A stretch of 64,000 bases of DNA from Acidimicrobiia bacterium (GCA_009835395.1 VXXM01000073.1:82-64081), one strand, 5' to 3'. Positions 25,601 to 35,603 are shown, counted from the first letter of the stretch. A program made the numbers and translations. Notes: a model not told the origin generated them from the sequence alone.

Positions 25601-27040
25601 ATGATCGATGCGCTGAATCAGCTCGGGGAGTTGCTCCTCGACGGTGACGCCCCGCATGCCAACGGCAAGCTGGACGTGTTCGATCCGACCACAGGCGACC
25701 TGATCGCCGGCGTCGCCACGTCCATGGTGGATGACTGCCTGGCGGCCGTGGAGACGGCGGAACAGGCGGCCGGCGGCTGGGCGGCCGCGCCGCCGCGCGA
25801 GCGGGCCGAGATCTTGCGTCGCTGCTACGAGACGATGATGGCCGAACAGGCCCAGATCGCCGCGCTGCTGCAACTCGAGAACGGCAAGCCCATGGCCGAG
25901 GCCCTCGGTGAGGTGGCGTACGCGGCCGACTTCTTCCGCTGGTTCAGCGAGGAGGCGGTGCGCATCGCCGGGGAGGTGCGCCGCGCGCCGATGGGCGACA
26001 AGCGCATCATCGTGCTGCCCGAGCCGGTGGGGGTCTCCCTGCAGATCACGCCCTGGAACTTCCCCGCCGCCATGCCGGTACGAAAGATCGCACCGGCGCT
26101 CGCTGCGGGATGCACCACCATCGTGAAACCGGCACCGGCCACACCGCTGACCGCCTATTACATCGCCGATCTGATGGAACGCTGCGGCACACCGGTGGGC
26201 GTGGTCAACCTGGTGCTCCCCGAACCGCCGAATGAGGCCACGGTGGCGATGCTGGCGCACCGGGCCGTGCACAAGGTGTCCTTCACCGGCTCGATAGCGG
26301 TCGGCAAGCACCTGCTGCGCCTCGCCGCCGACCGGGTGCTGCGAACCAGCATGGAGTTGGGCGGCAACGCCCCGTTCGTGGTGCTGGCCGACGCCGACGT
26401 GGAGGTGGCCACCGAGGCCGCCATCGCCGCCAAGATGCGCAACACCGGCGCCACGTGCGTTGCTCCGAACCGGCTGTACGTGCACGAGAGGGTCGCCGAC
26501 GACTTCACCGAGGCGCTCAGCGCCCGCATGGCCGGCCTCACCGTCGGTTATGACCGGCAGCCCGACGCCCAGGTCGGCGCGCTGATCAGCACCCGCGAGC
26601 GCGAGAAGGTGGCCGGTCTTGTGACCTCAGCCGTGGACCGCGGCGCCAAGGTGGTGACCGGCGGGCGGGCGCCGGACTGCGGCGGCTATTTCTACGAGCC
26701 GACCGTGCTGGCCGACGTCGAGCCGGACGCGCCCATCCTGGCCAGGGAGATCTTCGGGCCGGTGGCGCCCCTGGTGCGCTTCCGGGATGAGGCCCGCGCG
26801 ATCGAGATGGCCAACGACACCGACGCCGGGTTGATCGCCTACGTCATGAGCGGCGACATGGGCCATGGTCTGACCGTCGGCGAGCAACTCGATGCGGGCA
26901 TGGTCGCCGTGAACAGGGGCATCATCTCCGATGCGTCGGCCCCGTTCGGGGGTGTCAAGGAGAGCGGCATTGGCCGCGAGGGAGGCTTCGAGGGGATCGA
27001 GGAGTACCTCGAACGCAAATACGTGGCGAGCAACTGGTAG
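25601..27040 (+). CDS. gabD: NAD(P)-dependent succinate-semialdehyde-type aldehyde dehydrogenase
   Basis: 479 aa from ATG 25601 (GGAAGGAAG upstream). ALDH motifs ITPWNFP, IVKPAP.TP, MELGGNAP and the catalytic Cys in NTGATCVAPNR. The gabD assignment is family-level only. Confidence 0.8.
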   Translation: MIDALNQLGELLLDGDAPHANGKLDVFDPTTGDLIAGVATSMVDDCLAAVETAEQAAGGWAAAPPRERAEILRRCYETMMAEQAQIAALLQLENGKPMAEALGEVAYAADFFRWFSEEAVRIAGEVRRAPMGDKRIIVLPEPVGVSLQITPWNFPAAMPVRKIAPALAAGCTTIVKPAPATPLTAYYIADLMERCGTPVGVVNLVLPEPPNEATVAMLAHRAVHKVSFTGSIAVGKHLLRLAADRVLRTSMELGGNAPFVVLADADVEVATEAAIAAKMRNTGATCVAPNRLYVHERVADDFTEALSARMAGLTVGYDRQPDAQVGALISTREREKVAGLVTSAVDRGAKVVTGGRAPDCGGYFYEPTVLADVEPDAPILAREIFGPVAPLVRFRDEARAIEMANDTDAGLIAYVMSGDMGHGLTVGEQLDAGMVAVNRGIISDASAPFGGVKESGIGREGGFEGIEEYLERKYVASNW

Positions 27041-27116
27041 AAGATCTGTCGTCGCGGCAATACACGGCAAACCTGAAGTAACGTCAGGACGCGCTGTGCA
27101 AGGACGATCTTCGAGC

Positions 27117-28295
27117 ATGAAACTCCCCACCGACTACGACCACCCGGGTGTTGCGCGGGCCCGAGTTCTCGAGCCCGAGATGGTCGAGAACTATCTGGCG
27201 CACACCCTGGTCGGGGACCCCGTGGCCGACGCCGCTGTCGAGGCGCTCGCCGCGCTGGACCGCGGGCGGTCGAGCCGGCTGATCGCGGCGTTCGTCAACA
27301 GCAGCGGCTCCGACACCTGGCCCGACGCACCGCCGGCGGTGCGGGAACTCTTCGTGGACGCCACGACGCCGCCCGATTGGCTTGACCTGCCGGCCCTCGC
27401 GCCCGGCGTGCGTATGTTCCACCGGAACACCAAGTTGGTGCTGGCCTCGATGGTGGCGGCCGTCTTGGTGGAGGGCTTCGCGTCGAACATCAGCCAGTCC
27501 TTCTTCATCACGGGACGCCTGCGCGACCAGGGGGTTCGCCGGCTGCAGCAGAACAACCGGCACATGGTGGAGATCTTCTTCCCGGACGGGATGGAGAGCT
27601 ACGGCGACGGCTGGAAGCTGTCGGTGCGGATCCGGCTCGTGCACGCCCACGTCAGGCGGCTGCTCGCCAACTCCGAGGACTGGGATACCCCGGCGTGGGG
27701 GGTCCCGCTGAGCGCCGCGCACGTCGGCTACGCCATCACGGCGTTCTCGGCGAGGCTCCTCGTACACATTCGAAGCCTCGGAGCCAGCTTCAGCGCCGAG
27801 GAGGCGGCCAGCTTCATGGCCACCTGGCGCTACTCCGGGCATCTGATGGGAGTGCCGGACTCCATCCTCTACCGCGACGAGGCCGAGGCGCTTCGACTCT
27901 TCGCCGTGGGCGGGCTGTGCGAACCGGAACCCGACGATGCGTCCATCGCCCTGGCGAACGCCCTGGTTAACTCCGCCCCCCTGGTTGTGGGGATCGACGA
28001 TCCGGTCGAGCGGCGGAATCTGGCCAAATACGTCTACAAGGTCTCGCGCGCCATGATCGGCCACGACCTCGCCGACAAGCTCCGCTACCCCAAGCAGTCC
28101 AGCTTCGGCGTGCTGGGTTGGTTCCGCTTCCAATCCCGCTACGACCGGCTCCTGAAGCGCTGCCGCCCGAAGTACGAACGCCGGAACAACTTCACGAGCT
28201 TCACGACCCTGCTGTCGGGTTCGAGATACGACGACGAGGGCATCACCTACCGGATGCCCGACCACGTCTACGCCGAGCGCTCCAACAACTGGTAG
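27117..28295 (+). CDS. MpaB/DUF2236-family oxygenase (rubber-oxygenase/Lcp-related fold)
   Basis: 392 aa from ATG 27117 (MKLPTDYD). Conserved core WKLSVRIRLVHAHVRRLL and W..P.WG.PL..AH, characteristic of DUF2236. Confidence 0.65.
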   Translation: MKLPTDYDHPGVARARVLEPEMVENYLAHTLVGDPVADAAVEALAALDRGRSSRLIAAFVNSSGSDTWPDAPPAVRELFVDATTPPDWLDLPALAPGVRMFHRNTKLVLASMVAAVLVEGFASNISQSFFITGRLRDQGVRRLQQNNRHMVEIFFPDGMESYGDGWKLSVRIRLVHAHVRRLLANSEDWDTPAWGVPLSAAHVGYAITAFSARLLVHIRSLGASFSAEEAASFMATWRYSGHLMGVPDSILYRDEAEALRLFAVGGLCEPEPDDASIALANALVNSAPLVVGIDDPVERRNLAKYVYKVSRAMIGHDLADKLRYPKQSSFGVLGWFRFQSRYDRLLKRCRPKYERRNNFTSFTTLLSGSRYDDEGITYRMPDHVYAERSNNW

Positions 28296-29504
28296 ATGGG
28301 CGACGACGAATCCGGGGGGCGTCACGGCGTCGGGCCCGCGGCGACCTCGGCAACCGATTTCCTGGGAATCGACTCGCTGCTGAACGAGGAGCAGTTGCTG
28401 CTGCGGGACACGGTGCGCCGCTGGGTGGCCGAGCGGATCCTGCCAGAGGTCGGAGATTGGTTCGAGCGGGGGGTCTTCCCGGCCGAGACGATCGGACCCG
28501 AGCTGGGTGCTCTGGGTCTACTGGGCATGCACCTCGAGGGCTACGGCTGCGCCGGGGCCGGCGCCACCGACTACGGCCTGGCGTGCATGGAGCTGGAGGC
28601 CGGGGACTCAGGCGTGCGCAGCTTCATGAGCGTGCAGGGTTCGCTGGCGATGTTCCCGATCCGCGCCTTCGGCAGCGAGGAGCAGCGGCGGCAGTGGCTG
28701 CCCGCCATGTCCGCCGGCGAGGCGATCGGCTGCTTCGGCCTGACCGAGCCCGACGCCGGCAGTGACCCGGCAAGCATGCGGACCCGGGCGCGCCGCGACG
28801 GCTCCGACTGGATCCTCAACGGCACCAAGATGTGGATCACGAACGGCTCGATCGCCCATGTCGCGGTCGTGTGGGCGCAGACCGCCGACGGCGTGCGGGG
28901 GTTCGTCGTGCCGACCGAGGTGCCGGGCTTCGGTGCTCGCGACATTCCCCGCAAGCTCTCACTGCGCGCCTCGGTGACGTCTGAACTGGTGCTGGAGGAT
29001 GTGCGCCTGCCCGCCGACGCGGTCCTGCCGGAAGTTGTCGGCATGCGGGGGCCGCTGTCGTGCCTAAACGAAGCCCGCTTCGGAATCCTCTTCGGCGCCG
29101 TCGGCGCGGCCCGCGCCTGCTATGAGGCGGCGCTGGGCTACGCGACCGAGCGCGACGCCTTCGGTGGGCCCATCAGTCGCTTTCAACTCACCCAGCAGAA
29201 GCTGGTCGAGATGATGATCGCCGTCCAGCGGGGCACCTTGCTGGCGCTGCACCTCGGGCGGCTGCGCGACGCCGGACAACTCAGTGCCGCGCAGATCAGC
29301 GTCGGCAAGCTCGACAACGTGCGCATGGCCCTGGAGGTGGCCCGCAGCGCCCGCGGCGTGCTGGGCGCCAACGGCATCACGCTCGAGTACCCGGTGATCA
29401 GGCACATGAACAACCTCGAGTCGGTCTACACCTACGAGGGCACCCACGAGATCCACACCCTCATCCTCGGCCAGGCGCTCACCGGGCGGTCCGCCTTCGC
29501 CTGA
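28296..29504 (+). CDS. Acyl-CoA dehydrogenase, glutaryl-CoA dehydrogenase-like
   Basis: 402 aa. GCFGLTEPDAGSDP, WITNG, and C-terminal YEGTHEIHTLILGQALTG, typical of the GCDH subfamily. Confidence 0.85.
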   Translation: MGDDESGGRHGVGPAATSATDFLGIDSLLNEEQLLLRDTVRRWVAERILPEVGDWFERGVFPAETIGPELGALGLLGMHLEGYGCAGAGATDYGLACMELEAGDSGVRSFMSVQGSLAMFPIRAFGSEEQRRQWLPAMSAGEAIGCFGLTEPDAGSDPASMRTRARRDGSDWILNGTKMWITNGSIAHVAVVWAQTADGVRGFVVPTEVPGFGARDIPRKLSLRASVTSELVLEDVRLPADAVLPEVVGMRGPLSCLNEARFGILFGAVGAARACYEAALGYATERDAFGGPISRFQLTQQKLVEMMIAVQRGTLLALHLGRLRDAGQLSAAQISVGKLDNVRMALEVARSARGVLGANGITLEYPVIRHMNNLESVYTYEGTHEIHTLILGQALTGRSAFA

Positions 29505-29544
29505 TCACCACCACCGCGCCCGCCCCCGGAACTAGCGTCACAGC

Positions 29545-32007
29545 ATGTTCGGTTGGCAGGCCCGGATCATCCAGAAGTCGCCGAAACGGGTGCTGGCGGC
29601 ATTGGGAGCAGTGACGCTCGCCCTGCTCGCCGGCGTCCTGGTGCAGGATCCGCCCGAGGGCCCCATCGACTCCACCAGCATCTTCCTGCCCTCCGGCAGT
29701 GACCTGGCGGCGGCGACCGACGTCATCAGGGAGAGCTTTCCCGCGGCTGCCGACCTGCGGGTGGTCCAGATCCTCGCCAAGGGCGACGTCCTGGCGGCGG
29801 ACTCGCTACGGGCGATCAACGACCTGCAGATCGCCATCAGCAGCGATCCCGCTATTCAGCCGTTCCTGGTCGCCGAACCCCTCTACGGCTATGTCCAACT
29901 CATCGAACTGGCGGCCGCCGAGGCGGGCCTGTCCCTGACGACCATCACCGACACCCAGGTCTCCCTGGGCCTGGCTCAACTGGCGGGCGATCCGCAACGG
30001 GCAGAACTGCACGACCTGCTGCAGCGCTTCATCGCGCGAGACGCAACCGGGGAGCCGATGGCGGGGCTCTCCCTGGTCATCCTGGACGACGCCGGCGACG
30101 CGCTCGGGCAGGAGCAGGCGCAATTGCGCGCTCACGAGATCGCCGAGTCCGCCGACACCAGCGCGCTGGACACTTCGATCATCACCTTGGCGCAGAGCGA
30201 CATCGAGGCCAAGGAGGCGCGAGACCGGAACCTCATCGTGGTCACCCTCATCGCCCTGGCCGTGATCGTGGTGCTCCTGGCCGTCTTCTACCGAACCCAG
30301 TCCGACGTCCACATCACCATGGCGGGCCTCGGCATGACGATCCTGTGGATGCTCGGCGCGCAGGCCTGGCTGTCACCCGGCGGTGCCGGCATCGTGGACC
30401 CGGACAACATCCTGCTGACGCTGATACCCGTCCTGCTGATCAGCCTGGCGGTGGACTACGCGCTGCAGATCACCGGCCGCTACCGGGAGGCGCTGCGCGA
30501 CGACGCCGAACGGGCGCCCGACGCCTCGGGCCGGGCCATCGCACGCTCCGTGCGGCTCTGCGGCGTGCCGGTGCTGCTGGCAGCGGGCACGACCGCCGTC
30601 AGCCTGCTCGCCAACCTGACGAGCCGCTTCAAGCCCATTGCCGAGTTCGGCATCATCGCCAGCATCGGTGTCGTCTCGGGCTGGATCGTGATGACCAGCT
30701 TCGTCCCGGCCGCCCGCCTGACGCTGGACCGGTGGCGCGCCACCAAGGGCCGGGAGCCGGCGGTCCAGCCCATAGCCGACACGATTCCCGGCGCTGCGGC
30801 CGCCCTCCCCCGCATCGCCGCGATCGTGGTGCGCCGGCCGCTCCCGGTTCTCGCCGCCGCCATCGCCGTCACGGTCCTGGCCGTCGTGGCCGCCACCAAC
30901 CTCAGCACGACGTTCGCGGTGAAGGACTTCCTGCCGCGGGACTCCGAGGTGGCGGAGAACTTCGACTACCTGGACGAGAACTTCGACGGGAGCGCCACCT
31001 TGATGACGGTGCTCATCGAGACCGATCTCAGCAGTGGTCGGGCGGTTCGTGACCTCAGCGACCTCCACACGGTCCTCGTCGACCCGGCCCGGCGCCCCGA
31101 CGGCATCATCGGACCTCCCCTGTCCTCGGCCGGGACGCTCCTCGCCGAACGGACCGACGATGAGGCTGCCGTCGCCGATGCCTTCGCCGAACTGCGCAGC
31201 GACGTGACGGCGGCCGAGGGGGACGTCCGGCGCGCGTGGGCACTGCTCGAAGGTGTCGACGCCGCCGGCTTCGCCGAGGTCCTCGACTTCCGGGCCGACG
31301 GCCCCGACCGCACCATCATCCAGATACCGGTTGCGGTGGAGAGCAACGAGGCGCTGCAGGAGTTGATCGAGGAGATCGAGGCGCTGTGGGGCGGTGGCGC
31401 CTCGGAGATCACCGTCACGGGAGGAGACGCGCTCATCGCTCTGATCACCGACGAGTTGGCGGCCAGCCAGGTCTCGAGCGTGAGCCTCGTCGTCGCCGCC
31501 GCGCTGGCGATCCTCATCCTCTACTTCGGCCTCCGCGAGCGCCGCCCGCTGCTCGGGCTGATCACGATCCTGCCGATCATCGTGACCCTGGCCTGGCTGC
31601 TTGGCGCCATGTGGCTGTTCGGGATCTCCTACAACATGAGCACCGCCCTCATGGTGGTGCTCACGATCGGGATCGGGGTCGACTACACCATCCACCTCAC
31701 GCACCGCTTCCTGGAGGAGCACCGGGAATCGCCACAGGTCCCCGAGGCATTGCGGCGGGCGATGGTCACCACCGGCGGGGCGCTCCTGGGCAGCGCACTC
31801 ACCACGGCGCTTGGCCTCCTGATGCTGGTGTTCTCCCCGCTGCGGCCGATGCAGGAACTGGGCATCCTCGCCGCCGTCACGATCCTGCTGGGGCTCATCG
31901 CCACCTTCACCGTGCTGCCGCCGCTGCTGGTGCTGTGGTCGCGCTACCACCGCTGGCGCGGTCGCGAAGCCGGAACGCCGAGCCGGCCGGCGAGCACTAC
32001 CGCCTAG
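29545..32007 (+). CDS. MMPL/HpnN-like RND-superfamily lipid transporter (paralogue 2)
   Basis: 820 aa. Same two-bundle architecture as 20080..22560 (SLAVDYALQITGRYRE / GIGVDYTIHLTHRFLEE). Confidence 0.8.
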   Translation: MFGWQARIIQKSPKRVLAALGAVTLALLAGVLVQDPPEGPIDSTSIFLPSGSDLAAATDVIRESFPAAADLRVVQILAKGDVLAADSLRAINDLQIAISSDPAIQPFLVAEPLYGYVQLIELAAAEAGLSLTTITDTQVSLGLAQLAGDPQRAELHDLLQRFIARDATGEPMAGLSLVILDDAGDALGQEQAQLRAHEIAESADTSALDTSIITLAQSDIEAKEARDRNLIVVTLIALAVIVVLLAVFYRTQSDVHITMAGLGMTILWMLGAQAWLSPGGAGIVDPDNILLTLIPVLLISLAVDYALQITGRYREALRDDAERAPDASGRAIARSVRLCGVPVLLAAGTTAVSLLANLTSRFKPIAEFGIIASIGVVSGWIVMTSFVPAARLTLDRWRATKGREPAVQPIADTIPGAAAALPRIAAIVVRRPLPVLAAAIAVTVLAVVAATNLSTTFAVKDFLPRDSEVAENFDYLDENFDGSATLMTVLIETDLSSGRAVRDLSDLHTVLVDPARRPDGIIGPPLSSAGTLLAERTDDEAAVADAFAELRSDVTAAEGDVRRAWALLEGVDAAGFAEVLDFRADGPDRTIIQIPVAVESNEALQELIEEIEALWGGGASEITVTGGDALIALITDELAASQVSSVSLVVAAALAILILYFGLRERRPLLGLITILPIIVTLAWLLGAMWLFGISYNMSTALMVVLTIGIGVDYTIHLTHRFLEEHRESPQVPEALRRAMVTTGGALLGSALTTALGLLMLVFSPLRPMQELGILAAVTILLGLIATFTVLPPLLVLWSRYHRWRGREAGTPSRPASTTA

Positions 32008-32956
32008 GGCAGACCTCGTAGCCGGGCTTTTCGGGCTCGTCGTCGATCAGCTCGGCGGGGAAGCCGGGGGCGCGGATCTTCAGGCCCGTCCGCTCTTCGA
32101 GACGGCGGATCACGTTCGGGGACCACTCGCGGGAGCCGTATCGCTCCTGCGCGTCACCGAAGATGTCCAGGATCAGCGGCGACAGTTCCAGAGGCACGCC
32201 CGCGCGTTCGGCCAGAGACTGGAACAGGCCCATGTCCTTGACGACGAGGTCCATGGTGAAGTTGATGTTGCGGCTGCCGTTGAGGATCACCTGGCTCTCG
32301 GTCTCGTGCACGAACGAATTCCCCGAGGAGACACGGATGGCCTCGTAGGTGGTGTTGAGATCCATGCCCGCCGCACTGGCGATCACCAGGGCCTCGCAGA
32401 GGGAGAGCAGGTTGGCGCTGGCCAGGTAGTTGGTGACGACCTTGAGAACGGTGGCACTGCCGAGCGGACCGGTGTGCAGGATGCGGCGGCCCATGGCTGA
32501 CAGGATCGGCAGGATGCGTTCGAAAGTCGCCCGGTCGCAGCCCGCGAAGATGGCGATGTTGCCCGTGGCAGCCCGGTGACAGCCGCCCGAGACCGGGCAG
32601 TCCATCGCAGTCGCGCCGGTGGCGGCGACCAGCGAACCGAGACGTCGCACCTCGCTCTCGTCGGTGGTGCTCATCTCGGCCCATACCTTGCCGGGCCCCA
32701 GTCCGGCGAGTAGCCCGTCATCGGCTTCGAGCACAGCCGCGCTGACAGCGGGGCTCGGCAGGCACGTGATCACGACGTCGCAGGCCTCGGCCATCGCCCG
32801 CGGGTTGTCCGCCCACGCCGCACCCGCGTCGACGAGCGACCGGGCCGCGGATCGGTCCAGATCGTGCACGATCAGGTCGACCCCGTTGCGCAACAGGGAC
32901 CCCGCCAGCTTGCCGCCGACGTTGCCCAGCCCGATGAAGCCCACTCTTGGTGACAT
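31997..32956 (-). CDS. NAD(P)-dependent oxidoreductase, 3-hydroxyisobutyrate dehydrogenase (HIBADH) family
   Basis: 319 aa. N-terminal GFIGLGNVGGKLA Rossmann motif and an NAD_binding_2/11 pattern. 11-bp convergent overlap with the MMPL gene. Confidence 0.85.
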   Translation of the reverse strand: MSPRVGFIGLGNVGGKLAGSLLRNGVDLIVHDLDRSAARSLVDAGAAWADNPRAMAEACDVVITCLPSPAVSAAVLEADDGLLAGLGPGKVWAEMSTTDESEVRRLGSLVAATGATAMDCPVSGGCHRAATGNIAIFAGCDRATFERILPILSAMGRRILHTGPLGSATVLKVVTNYLASANLLSLCEALVIASAAGMDLNTTYEAIRVSSGNSFVHETESQVILNGSRNINFTMDLVVKDMGLFQSLAERAGVPLELSPLILDIFGDAQERYGSREWSPNVIRRLEERTGLKIRAPGFPAELIDDEPEKPGYEVCPRR

Positions 32957-33020
32957 CCCGCTCCTCCCGATCGCCGCAGCCGCGAACAGACAGCCGACGG
33001 GGTAGCGTCAGGGCGCCCCT

Positions 33021-33091
33021 GCGGGTGTAGTTCAATGGTAGAACATCAGCTTCCCAAGCTGAATACGGGGGTTCGATTCCCCTCACCCGCT
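33021..33091 (+). tRNA. tRNA-Gly (anticodon CCC), no encoded CCA
   Basis: Manual cloverleaf. Acceptor GCGGGTG/CACCCGC, anticodon stem TCAGC/GCTGA with loop tTCCCAa, T-loop TTCGATT. Confidence 0.9.
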
Positions 33092-33687
33092 CGCACACGT
33101 GAAGAACGGCCACCGTCGGCCGACCACCTGTGGCCGCGGTGGTGCGTGGAGCCCAACTCATCGCCGCGGCAGTCGCTCAAGGCGGTCTCGCCGCCCGGTT
33201 GGTCGCCATCGACCCGGGCCGTGATGTGTGCCTCCAAGGCGGCGATGCAGGCCGCCCGGTCCTCGGCCTCGAGCCGGCCGTCCTCCATCGCGGTGTCGAT
33301 CCGGGCGACTACCTGATCGACGAGCAGGTCCACGACCGCGCCAGCCTCGACGCCGGCGGCCTCGGCCAGCTCGGCGAGGGTCTCACCGGCCCGTAGCTCC
33401 GCCCGGAGATCGGACGAACTCAATCCCAGCAACTCGGCCAGATCGCCGCCGACATGCCCGCCGACACCCGGACCGCCCCAGCGCCGACCGTGGTGCCACT
33501 TGAACCCACCGGAGGGCTCATCTTGGTCGCTCTCGTCGTCGGAGTCGTCGGCGTCGGTCTGTGCGACGGCCGGAAGCGTGAGTGCCAGAACCCCCGCGAT
33601 CAGGGCGCAGACCAGCGAGACCGCCGCCACGATCGTGAATCGTCTGTTGCGGGCATCATGTGACGTCTGTCGTTGCTGTATGTCCAA
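33046..33687 (-). CDS. Hypothetical membrane-anchored/secreted protein
   Basis: 213-aa ORF. TM/signal anchor (FTIVAAVSLVCALIAGVLALTLPAVA), an acidic tract, a Gly/His-rich segment, then a helical region. The last 46 nt overlap tRNA-Gly on the opposite strand, so the true 3' end is doubtful. Confidence 0.4.
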   Translation of the reverse strand: MDIQQRQTSHDARNRRFTIVAAVSLVCALIAGVLALTLPAVAQTDADDSDDESDQDEPSGGFKWHHGRRWGGPGVGGHVGGDLAELLGLSSSDLRAELRAGETLAELAEAAGVEAGAVVDLLVDQVVARIDTAMEDGRLEAEDRAACIAALEAHITARVDGDQPGGETALSDCRGDELGSTHHRGHRWSADGGRSSRVRAGEGNRTPVFSLGS

Positions 33688-33797
33688 GGCTGCTCCTCCT
33701 AGCTCGCCGGTCGGCTACGAGGAGAGCATGGGAGGTGCAGGTAAGCGGAGCCGGAGGTCCGGACAAGAATCGACTAAGAATCCGGCGCCGGGCCGGC

Positions 33798-34766
33798 TCA
33801 GCGCGTGAAGTTCAGCAGCAGTTCGATGGTCCCGACGTCCTCCACCGACAGCACCACGGGAGCCCGGGGAGGAACGATCCCGTAGTCCTCGAAGCGGATC
33901 TCGAACGTTCCGCCCACGATCACGACTCCCTCGATCCAAGTGGCCTCGAGCGAGATCTCCACCGGGCGGCTGGCGCCGTGGATCTCGAAGGCTCCGACGA
34001 CGGTCGCCGTCACCGACTCGCCCGCGGCGGGCAGGCTCTCGAAGGTGACCGGCTCGGTCAACTCGAAGCGGGCGGACGGGAACTGCTGGGTGTCCAAGGA
34101 CCGCCGCACCAGACCGTCACGCTGGGGCCGGTCGCTGACCACCGTGGTGAGGTCGACTTCCACGACGGCCGCCGCGACAGTCGTCCCGGCGATCTCCAGG
34201 GTTCCGGACACAGCCGGAGTCCGCCCGACTGCGTCGGTGGCCCCGATTCCCGAGAGTTCCTCGCCCACCCGGTAGCCGGCCCAGGAACTCGTGTAGTCCT
34301 CGAAGCTCCCGAGCGTCGTGTTGACCGACCACACGCCGTCGAGGTCGGCTGCGGCGGGTTCGGCGGGTTCGGCGGGCGGCGCCGGCTCAGCGGGGGGTGG
34401 CGGTTCGGGTTCAGGCGGTGGCGGCGGGGACTCGGGCTCCGCCGGCGGAGCCGGTGCAGCAGGCGGCGTCGGCGGCGAGTCGGTTGCCTCGGGCGCGGAT
34501 GGTTCGGCAGGCGGTGCCGGCTCGACGGGGGCCGGTGGAGGAGCGGACGCGGCCTGATCGTCGGCCGCGGGAGCCGGCGCGGGCGCCTCTGTCGTTGCCG
34601 TCAGTGCCTCGCTGCGTTCGAGCACCGACGGTGGCGGCGGGGCGTCGCCGCGCCACACCAGCAGCCACACCAGCACGATCGCCACGACCACGGCCACGAC
34701 ACCGGCCGCCAGAAGGGTCAGGATCTTGCGGCGCCGTGACCAACCGCTGAGACGTTCGAGGATCAT
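33798..34766 (-). CDS. YceI-family protein with N-terminal TM anchor and Pro-rich linker
   Basis: 322 aa from ATG 34766 (MILERLSG). TM helix, then ~110 aa of PAEP/PPPP low complexity. YceI core follows (WSVNTTLGSF..., TLEIAGTTVAAAVVEVDLTTVVSD, RDGLVRRSLDTQQFPSARFE, HGASRPVEISLEA). Confidence 0.8.
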   Translation of the reverse strand: MILERLSGWSRRRKILTLLAAGVVAVVVAIVLVWLLVWRGDAPPPPSVLERSEALTATTEAPAPAPAADDQAASAPPPAPVEPAPPAEPSAPEATDSPPTPPAAPAPPAEPESPPPPPEPEPPPPAEPAPPAEPAEPAAADLDGVWSVNTTLGSFEDYTSSWAGYRVGEELSGIGATDAVGRTPAVSGTLEIAGTTVAAAVVEVDLTTVVSDRPQRDGLVRRSLDTQQFPSARFELTEPVTFESLPAAGESVTATVVGAFEIHGASRPVEISLEATWIEGVVIVGGTFEIRFEDYGIVPPRAPVVLSVEDVGTIELLLNFTR

Positions 34767-34904
34767 GAAGGTACTCCCGCCGCAAGGGTAGGCGGCACAG
34801 GCTGCGCTCCGGGCCCCTTCAGCGGGCACGGAGGCAAGAAGCGCCTAAGAATCCGCTGCTCGGCTCGGCCTCGCCGGAGGTGCGGCACTACCGTCGCAGC
34901 AGCC

Positions 34905-35603
34905 ATGACACGTTCGTCCATCCTCGTGGCCGAGGACGACCCCGCCATCACCAACGCCTTGCGGCGGGCGCTCACGCACGAGGGCTACGCCGTCCGCAGC
35001 GCCGCCGACGGCGCGGAGGCACTGGAGGCGCTCGCAGCCGAGGCGGCGGATCTCGTGATCCTGGACGTGGCCATGCCGTACGTGGACGGCCTGGAGGTGT
35101 GCCGCCGCCTCCGGCGCGCCGGCAACCGCACACCGATCCTGATGCTGACGGCGCGCCACACCGTCGGAGACCGGGTGGAGGGCCTCGACGCCGGCGCCGA
35201 CGACTACCTCGTCAAGCCCTTCTCGCTCAACGAGCTGTTCGCCCGGATCAGGGCACTGCTCCGTCGCACCAGCGTCACCGGCGAGGAACCCCCCGGCGGC
35301 CGGGCGACCTTGCGCGTCGCCGACCTGGAACTGGATCAAGCCGGGCGCTCGGTCAACCGGGGCGGACGGGAGATCAGCCTGACGAAGACGGAGTTCGACC
35401 TTCTGGAACTGCTGGTGCACAACGCCGGCATCGTCCTCAGTCGCGATCTGATCTACGAGCGCGTCTGGGGCTACGACTTCGAGACCGACTCCAAGTCACT
35501 GGACGTGTACGTCGGCTACCTGCGGCGCAAGCTGGAACTCGACGGAGGCGACCGCCTCCTGCACACCGTGCGCGGCGTGGGCTACGTGGTGCGTGAGCCG
35601 TGA
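34905..35603 (+). CDS. OmpR/PhoB-family response regulator
   Basis: 232 aa. Receiver domain (ILVAEDD, DLVILDVAMP, the phospho-Asp context) plus a winged-helix Trans_reg_C (LTKTEFDLLELL, VWGYDF, VDVYVGYLRRKL). Confidence 0.9.
   Translation: MTRSSILVAEDDPAITNALRRALTHEGYAVRSAADGAEALEALAAEAADLVILDVAMPYVDGLEVCRRLRRAGNRTPILMLTARHTVGDRVEGLDAGADDYLVKPFSLNELFARIRALLRRTSVTGEEPPGGRATLRVADLELDQAGRSVNRGGREISLTKTEFDLLELLVHNAGIVLSRDLIYERVWGYDFETDSKSLDVYVGYLRRKLELDGGDRLLHTVRGVGYVVREP

Noticed and set aside
17781-33091. Classical integrative genomic island or prophage at tRNA-Ala/tRNA-Gly
   Set aside because: No integrase, transposase, recombinase or phage gene is present, and no obvious direct repeat of a tRNA 3' end was seen. 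Lower GC supports foreign origin, but not a recognisable mobile element.
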